DNA from: Octopus vulgaris
Lineage: Eukaryota
DNA length: 64,000 nucleotides
Reading direction: 5' to 3'
Assembly (NCBI GenBank): GCA_951406725.2
Contig: OX597825.1
Coordinates: 9,858,001-9,922,000 of the forward strand
The notes below the pieces were generated by a model. That model ran no database searches and was not told the DNA's origin. It saw only the letters and a list, made by a program, of their open reading frames with translations. Below are positions 27,756 through 41,264 of this stretch, piece after piece. Position numbers and translations under genes: made by a program. Each line of letters starts with the position of its first letter. The first letter of the stretch is position 1.

Positions 27756-27811
27756 TTATAATTTATGTGGATGTGTGTGTTTGTATATATGTGTATTTGA
27801 TGATGTGTGTG

Positions 27812-27850
<39 letters not shown>

Positions 27851-28735
27851 GTATATGCATTTATTTATTTGTATGTGTGTGGGTGTGTATATATTGGTGT
27901 AAGTGTATATATTGAGTGTGCATATGTGTATGGGTGTAAGTGTGTGTGTATATATGTATGTATATATGTATATGAATGTATGTGAGTATGTATGTGTATA
28001 TGTGTATGTATATGTATATGTATGTATATGTGTATATGTGTATATATGTATATGTACATGTATATGTATGGATATTTTCTTATATATTTATGTATACGTA
28101 TGTATGGTTATTTTGAAATTAGCTATTTCATCTTTAAATATGAGAAATTAAATATATTAGGTTTTCATTATATACAATTGTTTATAGAGATTATTTTAGA
28201 TCTTGATTATAATATTTATATATATTTTCATTGATAATTTATATATATCAGTCATTTTAAATATCTATATAATTAGATATAGAATAATATGGATATTAGA
28301 ATATGGATTTTCTACCTTATAAGTTAAAGTTAATATTTAACATTATAGTCGATTTCGATATAATCATATTTAATAATTGAGTTTATTATAAGTAAATTAT
28401 TATTTTAGATTATATAGATTATTTATATCTTAAAAATATTGCTTATATTTTAGATTTTGAAATCACCTGATGAATGTCTGCTACTCAATAATTTGATGAC
28501 AGAAGACAGGAAACGACCGTAGTGGATATTAATTATATTTTTTAATATTTGTTACATATCTAAATAATATAAATTAATTTATGTATTGGCTTAAGTCTTT
28601 CATTGTTTGATTTGCATAATAGTGGTTTTGTCTCTAATTTAATTTAATATAATATAATATTTTACTATAAAATTGGATTCAATCCTAAATCTGATTTTTC
28701 CCTGTAAGTTTGGATTTATTCCCTAATATTTATTA
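27251..28735 (+). mobile_element. Non-autonomous Penelope/retrozyme-like element with inverted terminal repeat and hammerhead
   Basis: 27251-27361 is the reverse complement of 28515-28645 (one ~20-nt indel); hammerhead at 28463; AT-rich interior with no RT ORF; (TA)n on both flanks. Confidence 0.6.
28463..28525 (+). ncRNA. Minimal type I hammerhead ribozyme
   Basis: UCAC-CUGAUGA-A-UGUCU...AGACA-G-GAAAC-GACC-GUA-GUGG; core intact, A.G mismatch at base of stem II. Confidence 0.62.
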
Positions 28736-28773
28736 TATATATATAAATATATATATATATTATATATATATAT

Positions 28774-28806
<33 letters not shown>

Positions 28807-28855
28807 CACACATATATATACACATATATATATACACACACACATATATATACAC

Positions 28856-28889
<34 letters not shown>

Positions 28890-28902
28890 TCACTCACTCA
28901 CT

Positions 28903-28967
<65 letters not shown>

Positions 28968-29629
28968 TCACTAAAATTTCATTCATTAAATATTCAGAAA
29001 CATGACACTGATTTCAATCCTTCAGAAAGAATGTATAAAATATTATTAAGTCTTTTATTTTTAGAAATATTTCAGAAGGCAACTCATATCAAAATTCATG
29101 TCTGTACAAGCCACGCCAGGATTTCAACAGACAAAACAATGCAATATTTGTATAACAACTGTGAAATTATACACAAGATATTGGAAATAAGCTGTATTAT
29201 AAATCACCGGATAAATATATTGAACTTGGGTGACCTTTCCCATGTAAATCTGAAGTGAAATTTTAGACAGTTAATCATTCAGTCAAACTTAGAATGTAAA
29301 GAGACGGTAACTAAATACCAGAAGTCATTTCGTCTGCTACACTCACCAAATCTGTTATTCACCAACTTTCTGATATTAATAATGGGTTTTGGAGAGGTGT
29401 TAATCGATATTATTGACCACAGAACTTTTCCCAGTGTTTTATTTTTATCAGTCCTGGAGAGACGAAAGGCAAAGCTGACCTCAATAAGATTGCAAAAGAA
29501 CCAGGGTAAATACTTGCAAGGCCATAAGGATTCTGTGTATCCAACAACTTAGTAATAATGGTGGTGGTGAGGTGATGGTGAGGAGGAGGAGGAGGAGGGG
29601 GAGGTGGTGGAGGAGCAGCAACAGCAAGT

Positions 29630-30002
29630 GGAGGCACAATGGCCCAGTGGTTAGGGCAGCGGACTTGCGGTCAGAGGATCGCGGTTTCGATTCCCAGACT
29701 GAGTATTGTGTGTGTTTTATTGAGCGAAAACACCTAAAAGCTCCATGAGGCTCCGGCAGGGGGTGGTGGCGACCCCTGTTGTACTCTTACGCTCCAACTT
29801 TCTCTCACTCTTTCTTCCTGTTTCTTGATCTCCGACTTACTACGCAACCGCTGAGCTTGGATGCACATTCATCCATCCGTCGATGCTCTCAGTGTCAGAG
29901 GTTGACCTGCTTTCTCTTCTGTGGATCTTACAAATAGCAAAGAACCACGTTTCAGATTTCTCCCACTCTGGGACGAAGACCGCTTCACTCAACAACAACA
30001 AC
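29630..30002 (+). mobile_element. tRNA-derived SINE family S3; other copies 35228-35570 (+), 26840-27220 (-), 54320-54586 (-)
   Basis: Head TGGCCCAGTGGTTAGGGCAGCGGACT...GGTTTCGATTCC; (AAC)n tail; the two minus-strand copies carry a different tail. Confidence 0.8.
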
Positions 30003-31460
30003 AGTAGCAGCAACAGCCGACCAAGAATTTGGACCTGGAGATCTCCATTTCCAGCGACTTCAAGGGCCACCTCCCAGTGGTGTCGGGCGTCAACGAAGAG
30101 CCCTCGACTACAACAAGATGACCAAGGTTTTTTATTTTTGCAAGGTCTAGGGTCTCCCGCCCCTAAGCCCTAGACCATCACCTAATCACCCTTACTTGTC
30201 TTGTTGCTTAACAACAGCTACAGCAGCAGCAGCAGTGGGGCTTTTTTTTAGCCACAAGGGCCTGAGACATTGTGGACAGTACAGGAGATGAAATACACTA
30301 TATGAAAGAGGAACTTACATCAAGCAAACAGAAGTCAACGAAAATAAGACATAGCAAAAAAAAAAACATATTTCATCAAAATTTCAACAAGAAAAAGTAA
30401 GACCCTAGGTAATTTTGGGGTGGGGTAGGGACCCCATAGCAAAGGATCAGATTACTCTGCCACATCCAGCCTAAATGTTCTTCTAGTTTTATGTTAACCT
30501 TTTGCACACTGTAGGTACATCATGTTACCATATGAGTTTTCTCCCTTGTAGTAACAGGGCAATGGCAGGGGAAACAATTTTAGAGAAAATGCAGTGTGCT
30601 AAAGGTTAAGACTGGTCAGATCTGGACTCTCACACCTACCCAACCATGTCATTTTAAAAATAAGCAATCACATAATTGTGATATCAAAATTATGAGAAAA
30701 TGCATCGTTAACTCAAAACGATGTGAATAAATAAACATTACATTTGATGGAAGCTAAAGGGATAAATACATCCAACATCATTAATTTTGCCTTTCAATAA
30801 ATACACAGGCAGGCAGCACCTCCCGTTCCACCCTCACCTTCCTCCTCATGTGGTACTTCATGTCGTACTGTCCCTCTATAGCACTGCCGTGCCAAGGACT
30901 TTTGGAAGTTGTCCATGGTCTGGCCAAAAATCCCCCTCAAGAAACTGCTCGGTCTGTTCACAGAGATGCCCATAGTTACCCTCAGCTTATCACCACTCAG
31001 ACCCTCAAAGAAATTAATCAGATCTTTTAAGACCCTTTAAAAAATTAATCAGAGAGGAAGATGTCTATTTTCAAGCTTTTCTGACTAGTCCCCCATGTAA
31101 CCATTTTCATCAGAACCACCAGACTGAGAACAACTAACTTCCCTTTCCTGCCAAAGAAGGTGGTGTGTTCGATTCTTACCACAGACCCCAGAAGACCCAG
31201 ATTCATCTCATTCGTGATGACAACTTCCTTTTTCTTTTTCTTTTTTTTTTTTTGATACAAGCCCACAAGTCACTAATGCAAGGCTACTAGATAACGGTTT
31301 CAAATTTCGACACAAGGCCAGCAATTTCGGGGGAGGGGTAAGTTGATTACATCAACATCAGTTATCAACTGAAACTTATCGACCCTGAAAAGATGAAAGG
31401 TAAAGTGGGCCTCACCAGGAAAAGATGAATGAAATGCCACTAAGCATTTTGCTTGGCATA

Positions 31461-31872
31461 CTCTCTTTTTACTCTTTTACTTGTTTCAGTCATTTGACTG
31501 TGGCCATGTTGGAGCATCGCCTTTAGTCGAGCAAATCGACCCCAGGACTTATTCTTTGTAAGCCTAGTACTTATTCTATCGGTCTCTTTTGCCGAACCGC
31601 TAAGTTACAGAGACATAAACACATCACCATTGGTTGTCAAGCAATCTTGGGGGGACATACACAGACATACAAACATATACACACACACATATATATATAT
31701 ACATATATACAATGGGCTTCTTTCAGTTTCCATCTACCAAATCCACTCACAAGGCTTTGGTCGGCTTGAGGCTATAGTAAAAGACACTTACCCAAGGTGC
31801 CACGCAGTGGGACTGAGCCCAGAACCATGTGGTTGATGAGGAAGCTACTTACCACACAGCCACTCCTGCACC
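31461..31872 (-). mobile_element. SINE S1
   Basis: Reverse-complement copy of the 7408 element. Confidence 0.85.
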
Positions 31873-34225
31873 TGCTAATGATTCTGTAGCTCACTGCCCT
31901 AAGGACATTAAATAACCCTTTCTACTATAGGCACAAGGGCTGGAATCTAGGAGAAGGGCTTAGTTGATTACACTGATCCTAGTAATCAGCAGGTACTTAT
32001 TTTATCAACCCCAAGAGGATGAAAGGCACAGTTGACCTTGGTGGAATTTGAACTCAGAACATAGAGATGGATGAAAAACTGCTAAGCGTTTTGCCTGGCA
32101 TGCTAACAATTCTGCCAGCCCACTGCCCTAAGGGCACTAAATAATGGCATGCAGCATGGTTTTGTCCCCTGTATGCAACTCAGACAGGTTCAGTTGTTAG
32201 TGCTTAAATACCTGTAAAACTTGTCTCAAACAAGCACTGCCCCTCTATAGCACTGCCATGCTAAGGACTTTTAGAAGTTGCCCATGGTCTGGCCACCCCC
32301 CACCCACCCACCCCGCCCCTCAAGAGACTGCTCAGATTATTCTCAAAGATTCCCATAGTTACCCCCTGCTTATCACCTCTCAGACCCTTTATAGCAGTGG
32401 TTCTCAAACTTTTCAAAAGAATTTTACATGCTGGTCCCCTTAGACATTTTGTGATGATCTGTGGTCCCCTATAAAATGCTGGATAATTGACATGGAAGAA
32501 ATGACGTATCACCGTAATTTCCGGACTATGAACCAGTGTGAGAATGAGTATCTGGCAAAGGGCAAGGTCATGTGGGAACATGGATCGGTGAAGATAATGA
32601 TGGTGAGAGACATGCAAACATGTGGATTGCAATAGTGGAGTGATGAATCATGTGAGCGTAGAATACTGATGACACATGCTCGATCAACTGTAATCCCCTC
32701 ATATTTTCCATTGGCCAATCACACCTGTTGTACAACCAGTGTGATTAGCAAATGAGTGTGCAGGTGAGGCATGGGGTTTTGAGGTCAGCGACAATTAAGG
32801 ATGATAGCATGTGAAAAATGACAAGTCTTGAAATTTCTAAACTTAAGTGTCATATGGCATAGTGGTTAAGAGCGCGTTTGTTGGGGGGGGGGGGGGTATT
32901 ATGTCACTCAAATGCTCCGATACCCCCAGAATACAAGAGGACTAATAGTTCAACCAATGACTTTTCAGATGATGTAAAACTTGGCACGATTATATACTAA
33001 GAAGATATTTTAACTATTTTTTTGTTTTTTTATGTGTGCATGGTAGTCTCATTTTTATAAAATGTGCTCAGCAATCCATGCTTTGTAAGTGCAAATCCCA
33101 GGGCTTTATGGGTTAATGTCCACTTTCCATTCTGACACAGGCTGGACTTAGAAGAGAAAGGAAATACTAACTCGAATAGACCAGAACAGAAAGACCATCA
33201 GAGAAGGGAGACTACTCGATATAACTTTAAAAGTTGAAGGTTAATAAAATTTGAAAAATCGATCCACCCTTATTTTGTTTTAGAAATATTTGAAACACGA
33301 GACAATAAATGAAAAAATATATCTGCTGATCACCAGAGGTACCTGAATACAAATGATTAACCCTAGTTTTATTATGAAACAGCTGACAGAATGATAGCCT
33401 AAATATTAGCTTGAATATATGTCAGAAAATATTGTAGCAATAACGCAGCGAGCTGGCAGAAACGTTAGCATGCCAGGCGAAATGCGTAGCCATATTTCGT
33501 CTGACGTTACGTTCTGAGTTCAAATTCCACCGAGGTCGACTTTGCCTTTCATCCTTTCGGGGTTAATAAATTAAGGACCAGTTACGCACTGGGGTCGATA
33601 TAAGCGACTTAATCCGTTTGTCTGTCCTTGTTTGTCCCCTCTGTGTTTAGCCACTTGTGGGTAATAAAGAAATAAGTATGTTATTTAAAATAACCTTGAA
33701 TTAAAAAGGTTTGGTATTTTCTGAAAGTTCCCCTTCTGTTCATAACTTCTCATCACCAGGCACAAAGCCACTTGCCTCAGTACTACCACCACCACCACCA
33801 GTTGAGGGGGTCTTATTTTGCAAGTTACTACTGCTGGTGCCATATAAAAAGCACTTGGTACATTCCTAAGTGGTTGGCATTAGGAAGGGCATCCATGCAA
33901 AAGCTAACTGTAGAGATTTGTGCAGTGTGACTTGCCAATTCCTTTCAATCTGCCCAACCCATGGCTGCCTGCATAGAAAATGAATGTTAAATCATTTCTA
34001 GGATAGTCAGATAGCCACGACTTTTTCAGGTAATGAACTATGTTCTTTATGAACTCTGGGAAAGAAAGTGCCAGCTTTATTACCTGAGAAAAAACATCTG
34101 CAGTTTGCAGTTTGAAATGCATCAGTTTAAACCTTATGTAGAACTTTAGGTATGAAAAGAGAAAGAGAAGGAAAGAGAGAGACAGACAGACAGAAAGAGA
34201 TTAAGTATTGAAGTTTTATAGGCCT

Positions 34226-34397
34226 AGGAGTGGCTGTGTGGTAAGTAGCTTGCTTACCAACCACATGGTTCTGGGTTCAGTCCTACTGCGTGGCACCTTG
34301 GGCAAGTGTCTTCAACTACAGCCTCGGACCGACCAAAGCCTTGTGAGTGGATTTGGTAGAAGGAAACTGAAAGAAGCCCGTCGTATATATGTATATA

Positions 34398-34428
<31 letters not shown>

Positions 34429-34629
34429 GTGCATGTATATGTTTGTCCCCCCAATATCGCTTGACAACTGATGCTGGTGTATTTACATCCCTGTAACTTA
34501 GCGGTTTGGCAAAGAGACCAATAGAATAAGTACTAGGCTTACAACGAATAAGTCCTGGAGTCGATTTGCTCGACTAAAGGCGGTGCTCCAGCATGGCCAC
34601 AGTATAATGTCTGAAACAAGTAAAAGAGT
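34226..34629 (+). mobile_element. SINE S1
   Basis: Copy of the 7408 element. Confidence 0.85.
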
Positions 34630-35738
34630 AGACGAGTAGCATTTGGGTATCTTTTTTGCAATGCTAAAGTAAGTCTTAGTTTCAAGAAAGGAGAAACCCA
34701 CAGAGAATGGTAACTGGACAAACTTAGCGTGAAGTCATTTAGCAATGTTAAACATCAGGAAATCCAAGAGGCGTTTCAATCTTTCTGAGTCAGGCTTCAG
34801 AGAATTATTTTCTATTTTATATCCATGGTAACAAATGGGTATTTGGGGAAGAAGATATTTGTCATTGCCTCAATGTAATCCTGTGTTTCTTAGCAACTGA
34901 AATAAAGTGGAACAAGTTTCCATAATGCTTCTCAATAATTCTGCAAATGACAATAACATCGTCAAGACAGGCACCAATTCCTTTGATGCCACTGTTAGTA
35001 TATTTATCCTATCCACCAAAATGCTTACATTCACACAAAAGGTTAATCTTGGGAACCTGAATAAGCTTCCATCAGCTTGCAATGCTTTTATCATAATTGT
35101 GGAATGGAATCTGGTAAAATCCTACTTTCAGATCCAGTTCATGGTAGAATTTAAAGTTAGATAAAGAACACAAGAACTCTTTAAATTTAGGAAGTGGATA
35201 TGCATCTAGAAAACAGCAGCATTTGCAGGAGGTGCGATGGCCCAGTGGTTAGGGCGGCGGACTCACGGTAGGAGGATCGCGGTTTCGATTCCCAGACTGG
35301 GTGTTGAGTGTGTTTATTGAGAGAAAACACCTAAAGCTCCAGGAGGCTCTGGCAGGGGGTGGTGCCCTGTTGTACTCTTTCGCCCCAACTTTCTCTCACT
35401 CTTTCTTCCTGTTTCTTGTCCCTGACTTCCTACGCAACCGCTGAGTCTGGTGTCGGGGGTTGACCTGCTTTCTCTTCTGTGAGTCTTACAAATAGCAAAG
35501 TTCCACGTTTCAGACTTCTCCCATTTCGCGAGCTCTGGGACAAAGACCACTTGCTCAACAGCAACAGCATTGCAAATAGTCAATTACAAGATGTTAACTA
35601 GTTTCGGACCACTACAACTTGTCTCTCCTTGGAGAGACTGAGGGATCCATATTACTATCATCAAAGAGAAAAGGGGTAAGATTCAGTAGCGAAGGTATCA
35701 CCAATGTAGGTGAAAGATTCTTGCCAAATCATAGGAGT

Positions 35739-35895
35739 AGGAGTGGCTGTGTGGTAAGTAGCTTGCTTACCAACCACATGGTTCTGTGTTCCGTCCCACT
35801 GCGTGGCACCTTGGGCAAGTGTCTTCTACTATAGCCTCAGGCCGACCAAAGCCTTGTGAGTGGATTTGGTAGACAGAAACTGAAAGAAGTCTGTC

Positions 35896-35939
<44 letters not shown>

Positions 35940-36152
35940 ATATGTTTGTGTGTCTGTTTGTCCCCCCAACATCACTTGACAACCGATAGCAGTGTGTTTA
36001 CGTCCCCATAACTTAGCGGTTCAGCAAAAGAGACCGATAGAATAAGTGCTAGGCTTACAAAGAATAAGTCCTGGGGTCGATTTGCTCGACTAAATGCGGT
36101 GCTCCAGCATGGCCGTAGCAAAATGACTGAAACATGTAAAAGAATAAAAGAA
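35739..36152 (+). mobile_element. SINE S1
   Basis: Copy of the 7408 element. Confidence 0.85.
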
Positions 36153-36345
36153 TATACAACAGAGAACTTTGAATGCTGAAGGGTTAATGAAAAAGTGATT
36201 GAGGAAAATTATTGTTTCACTGTAATCAGTGCAACCTGCAATGTGACTGAAGATTGAAGATATGATAAAAATTAGTTAGCAGAATGTTATTGTCATTCAG
36301 TTGAGTCAAAGAATTCAACAGGAATACTTAGGAATGCAATATTCC

Positions 36346-36457
36346 TAAAAATGTTTGTGTTTAAATGTGAGATATAACAAGAAAAATTCAAATACATATA
36401 TATTTATGTATTTGAATTTTTCTTGTTATATATCACATTTAAACACAAACATTTTTA
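36346..36457. repeat. 112-bp near-perfect AT-rich palindrome
   Basis: ~53-bp arms with one mismatch and a 6-nt loop. Confidence 0.9.
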
Positions 36458-36916
36458 TTCTGATGTTTAATTTTATATCTTGCATTCTGTAGTTGACATA
36501 TACTTGATTTTACAGTTTGTATGACATGCAGAGATGGGATTTACCAACTCTAAAAGACAAGGATACTAGTATACCATGAATTATACCAGAGCTATATGAA
36601 ACCCTAATTTCTCTCTGACAAACTACAATAAACAAAGCAACATGCTCTTAGCACCATCTCATGTTGCATACGGATTTCATTCACCTATACAACGAAAGTG
36701 AAACCGTAGCTATGGCCGTTGCCAGTGTCATGTAAATGGTACCCGTGCCAGTGGCATGCAAAAAAAACACCCATTACACTCTCAGGGCGGTTGGTGTCAG
36801 GAATTGCATCCAGTCATAGAAACCATGTCAAATCAGAATGGAAACTGGTGCAGCTCTCCCACTTACCAGTTCCAGTCGAGCCGTCTAACCCATGCCAGCA
36901 TAGAAAGTGGACGTTA

Positions 36917-36947
<31 letters not shown>

Positions 36948-37775
36948 CATGGAGAACGTACGTGCATAGTATTCCAGAACAAACTTCAAGCCGCATGATA
37001 CCGGCCACTACATATACAGTCGCTTCATAAACATATCTAGACACATCTTCTACCCTCCAAATAAACGTACACATCAAAAAGTAACGGCATCGATAACCTC
37101 ATTAGTTCTAAACACTGTCGGGATACACCAGCAATGATAAAATGAACATTAAACATTACACTCTAGCGAAGCCCACCTCTCTGTTTATATAGTGGTCTCC
37201 ACGAGAACATACAGAAAACGAGGGTATCCTGCATGCAATACGTTTGAAAAGAGGCAATAGCTACGGCAGGGGCCCCTGTTGTTGTCAGCTCGATCAGTAC
37301 TGAACTGAGGCTAATCAACAATAACATTAATAATACGATAATTGGCCAACATGTCAAACAGTCCCATGACAACTCATGAAAAACTAGTACTCGTAGGCGT
37401 GTACGGTTTGGTTTCGCTTCAGTCAGAGGCATTTGCAACGATGGATCTGTGGATCAAACTCGTTCGACCAACAATTTGTGTCGTAGTTATGGTCGATCGA
37501 GGTTGGCCTGGGATGCAACAACACTTAATAATTAGGTCTCATCATTTTGGAGTCAATAAATCAAGTCAAAATAACACAACGGATTTGTATTAATCAGTTG
37601 AAACTCCTGTTATTACAGGACGAACCTGTTGCTAGAGAAAAGAAATTATTTCACACAATACTTAATGTCAAAGTATCTGGCTGATCGCAAGAGAGGTTTT
37701 TTTCTAATCCAATCTCTCCATCTTTTTTTTATTATTATTATTTCTCATTGAGTGCGTAGTGAAATCAGATCTTAC

Positions 37776-37901
37776 CGTGACACCATCAGAGGTTTTAAAA
37801 CAAATCTTGAAAGGAGTAGAGAGCTTCTGTGCGGTTGAAAGTCTTTCGTTTGGCGGTTGGACTATCGGTTTCGGTACCCAATGCGTATTAGGACCCGCCA
37901 T
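37776..37901 (-). CDS. NPHP4: NPHP4 (nephrocystin-4) first coding exon, distal variant 1A
   Basis: AAAAATGGCG start; 42 codons MAGPNTHWVPKPIVQPPNERLSTAQKLSTPFKICFKTSDGVT, resembling the NPHP4 N-terminus as recalled (PPHPQR...ESTAFQCVLKWLDG); phase-0 donor ACG|GTAAGA. Confidence 0.8.
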
Positions 37902-37920
37902 TTTTGGTCACGTGATGTAA
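37890..37920. promoter_or_regulatory. Putative bidirectional promoter core for NPHP4/PIGP
   Basis: Locally CpG-richer region; YY1-type CGCCATTTT overlapping the NPHP4 ATG, directly followed by E-box GGTCACGTGAT; divergent gene arrangement. Confidence 0.45.
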
Positions 37921-39948
37921 ACTAAACCGTTACTAGTGTGATCTGTGAAATGCCTACATCCATGGTCGTGTGTGGTGCTTGTGCAAATAAACCGAATTCT
38001 AGCGTTGTACGTGTTTATAAGCTGTAGATCTGTGTTCGATACCATGTGTCACATGTATAAGTGAACTTAGATCTTTATATTTTATCTTTGTGTGAATTTT
38101 ACGTTGAATGTTTGAAGTTATAAATGTACAAATATTGCACTTCCAGAAAAATTTTTATGTCCCTGTTAGATGATTGCATATATATGATATAAGTATATAT
38201 ACGTAAGTAAATGTGTGCGTATATTCATTCGCAAGTGCGTATTCATCAGCTAAAGACTTTAAATGCTTGTTTCTGTTGCTTTTGTATATAACAACAACGG
38301 TGAATAGCAACAGATGCTAGAAGCGATATGGGAGGTAACTCTAACGGGACTTTGGGATTTCAAAAACAAAAAAAATGTCATTCTGTGTCTCTTTTAAGAT
38401 AGCCTACCTAATGCATTATGATAAGCCTATGTTATCTCTTTATATTCTTCCCGGATCTATTTGATCTTCTTACGTTTTTTCTTTTTCGGGTGGCTGCAGT
38501 GGTGAACCTGGAGGGCTTGAGTTGGGGCGGTTCCCGTTCAAGTAACCTATTTCTTTACTACCCACAAGGGGCTAAACACAGAGGGGACACACAAGGACAG
38601 ACAAACGGATTAAGTCGATTATATCGACCCCAGTGCGTAACTGGTACTTATTTAATCGACCCCGAAAGGATGAAAGGCAAAGTCAACCTCGGCGGAATAT
38701 GAACTTAGAAAGGTAGCGGCAGACGAAATACGGCTACGCATTTCGCCCACTATGCTAACATTTCTGCCAGCTAGCTCGCCTTCTAATGCATTATAATAAA
38801 CCTATATTATCTCTTTATATTCATAGAAGTCACAAGCTAAACACTTGATGTGGCCAAACAAATTGTAGGGGTTTGCATTTAACTTTACTAAATGTAGGGT
38901 CATTTCTCGTAGAATTAGTATTTTGATAACCAGTTAAATGCTTAGTAGAAATAAATCTCTTATGGTTTTGAAATACTTTAATTGTTGAAGTTGTTTTTCA
39001 GACCAGGTTATGCAGTTTAATCCATACGTCAATAACGGGACAATCTAAATGTTATATATACATAAGCTGAAAATTTATTGGAGGCTTTATCGTAATTATT
39101 TCAATTTGTTTTGAACAAACAATCGAATAAAATATAGATGTACTCAATAAAAAAAATTATAAAAAGAAAACAAATGTTTACGTATTTAAAAAATATGAGA
39201 GAAAAGTAAATTTTTGCATTAAAAAGTTAAGGGGAAAGAACTCTGTATTTTTGACGATTTCAGCGAAGAGGCCTTCATCATAGAGACAAAAATCCATTCC
39301 ATTAGCGACCAACGAGGGCCCTCGATGAATTTCGATCTTTTGAAGGCTTCTTCAATGGTGTGTAGACACACACACAGCCAACAGGTGGACTCGCACACCT
39401 GCCGAGTGGTATCAAAGGCGATCTCCACTACGATGGGAAGACGATTTAGTTAAGTGATTTGGGTCAGGATGAAAAAGAACGACGCAATCAAGACAGAAGT
39501 GGAAGCGCACTGTGACCAGCGATGTACAACGGCACCTGATGTCTAATTAATACTGTGATGTGTGCGCGTGTTTCTTTGAGTTTGTGTCTGTTCCCACCAC
39601 CCTCACAGCTTGACAACTGGTGCTGGTTCGATTACGCCCCCGTAACTTAGCGGTTCGGCAAAAGATGTTGATAGAATTAATACCAAACTTAACAACAAGA
39701 TCAGAACTGGTATAGATTTATCCGACTAAATTCTTCAAGACGGTTCCCCAGCATGTCTGCACTCTAATAACAGAATCAAGTAAAAAAAAAAAAAAATCCA
39801 ATTTGTTCGCTGGAAGTCCCTGTGTGACAGTGGTCATTGGGCTAGACTCTTCTCTTCTATTGAATAGTTTTGTTTACTCAAAATATTTCTTGCGTCCAGA
39901 CTTTTAGGTGAGATTATTTATTATTTAACGGGATTCAAGCTTTTCTTT

Positions 39949-39980
<32 letters not shown>

Positions 39981-41176
39981 AACTTTATTTGTCTCTCAGA
40001 TCAGTTGATGTGAAAGAAAATAGTAATCATTATAAACGAAAGGAAACATTTCAAGCCAGAAACCCATCCCCAATGTTGTATATATTTCTTTACTACCCAC
40101 AAGGGGCTAAACACAGAGGGGACAAATAAGGACAGACAAAGGGATTAAGTCGATTACATCGACCCCAGTACGAAACTGGTACTTTATTTATTGATCCCGG
40201 AAGGATGAAAGGCAAAGTCGACCTCGGCGGAATTTGAACTCAGAACGTAAAGACAGACGAAATGCTGCCAAGCATTTCGCCGCCCCAATGTTGTATTATG
40301 TTGATCACGAATTGTAATAAGCTTACTTTATTAGCTTTACAGATTATTAGAAACCGGCGATCCTTCGGTATATGTACCTGATGTGGCTTTGTTTACATTT
40401 CTGAAGATAACAGAAACCCTTTTCTCTCACCCCTAACACAAACCCCCCATATATATATTAAAAAAAAAACACTTTCTTGAAATGTATCGGGTACTTCCGG
40501 TACCTATACCGAAGTTACGCCTAAAATACTCTTTGAATGATTCAACTTGAACAGGGAGGGAGTGAACAAGAGTTCTTGTTTGTTGTCATATAAAAAAAAA
40601 AGGGTAAAAAGCCCCTTCAGCCATGACTGACCATGGAATTGCACCTAGGTTACCCTCCGAGGCACAAGTCTGTGCAAGGTTGTTTATGGAAGACCAACAG
40701 TTACCCATGCATACAAGACTCTCCTCTCCACACCACTGATGTCATCCAAGGGAAAGGCAAAGAGACCGATACAGCTTGGCACCAGTGATGTCGCAACTCA
40801 TTTCTACAGCTGAGTGAACTGGAGCAACGTTAAGTAAAGAGTCTTGCTCAAGAAAATTGTTATAATAATTTTAATATCAGTCTATTCGTACTTGGATAGA
40901 TCTGGAGTATGTTATCATGACACTCCTTTATAGGGTTGCTAGTCTGAGTTACAAGTAGCACATCTAGTTTCAATCCTAGTTAACAGAAAATTGTTCTGAT
41001 TCAATTATCTCTTAGTTTATTAAAATCTGTTAATTTTATCAATTTGTAATTTTATAACTGAAAGACTTTTTTTCCTTTTTCTGATTGAAGCAAAATTGTC
41101 CGTGATGGTTCTCATCTTAATTCTTTATGCTCCCACAGTTTTTATTTCATTTTGTAGGCGATGTCATATTTATACC

Positions 41177-41264
41177 ATGACTAAACCAGAACACACACCT
41201 TTCCCATCGCCTGAAAGAGCTATATATGGATTTGCTCTCTATCTGGGTTCTTTCATCTGTATTG
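41177..41264 (+). CDS. PIGP: PIGP (GPI-GlcNAc transferase subunit P) first coding exon
   Basis: MTKPEHTPFPSPERAIYGFALYL, with the PIG-P PxPERAIYGF motif; acceptor at 41157, G|GTGAGT donor; implies an upstream non-coding exon. Confidence 0.93.

Noticed and set aside
29630-29705. tRNA-like sequences (also near 19780, 35228, 54515)
   Set aside because: They are SINE heads continuing into SINE bodies, without a complete acceptor stem
31045-31266. ORF containing TFFGR as possible NPHP4 exon 2
   Set aside because: No fitting splice sites or further similarity; true exon 2 is at 16778-16921
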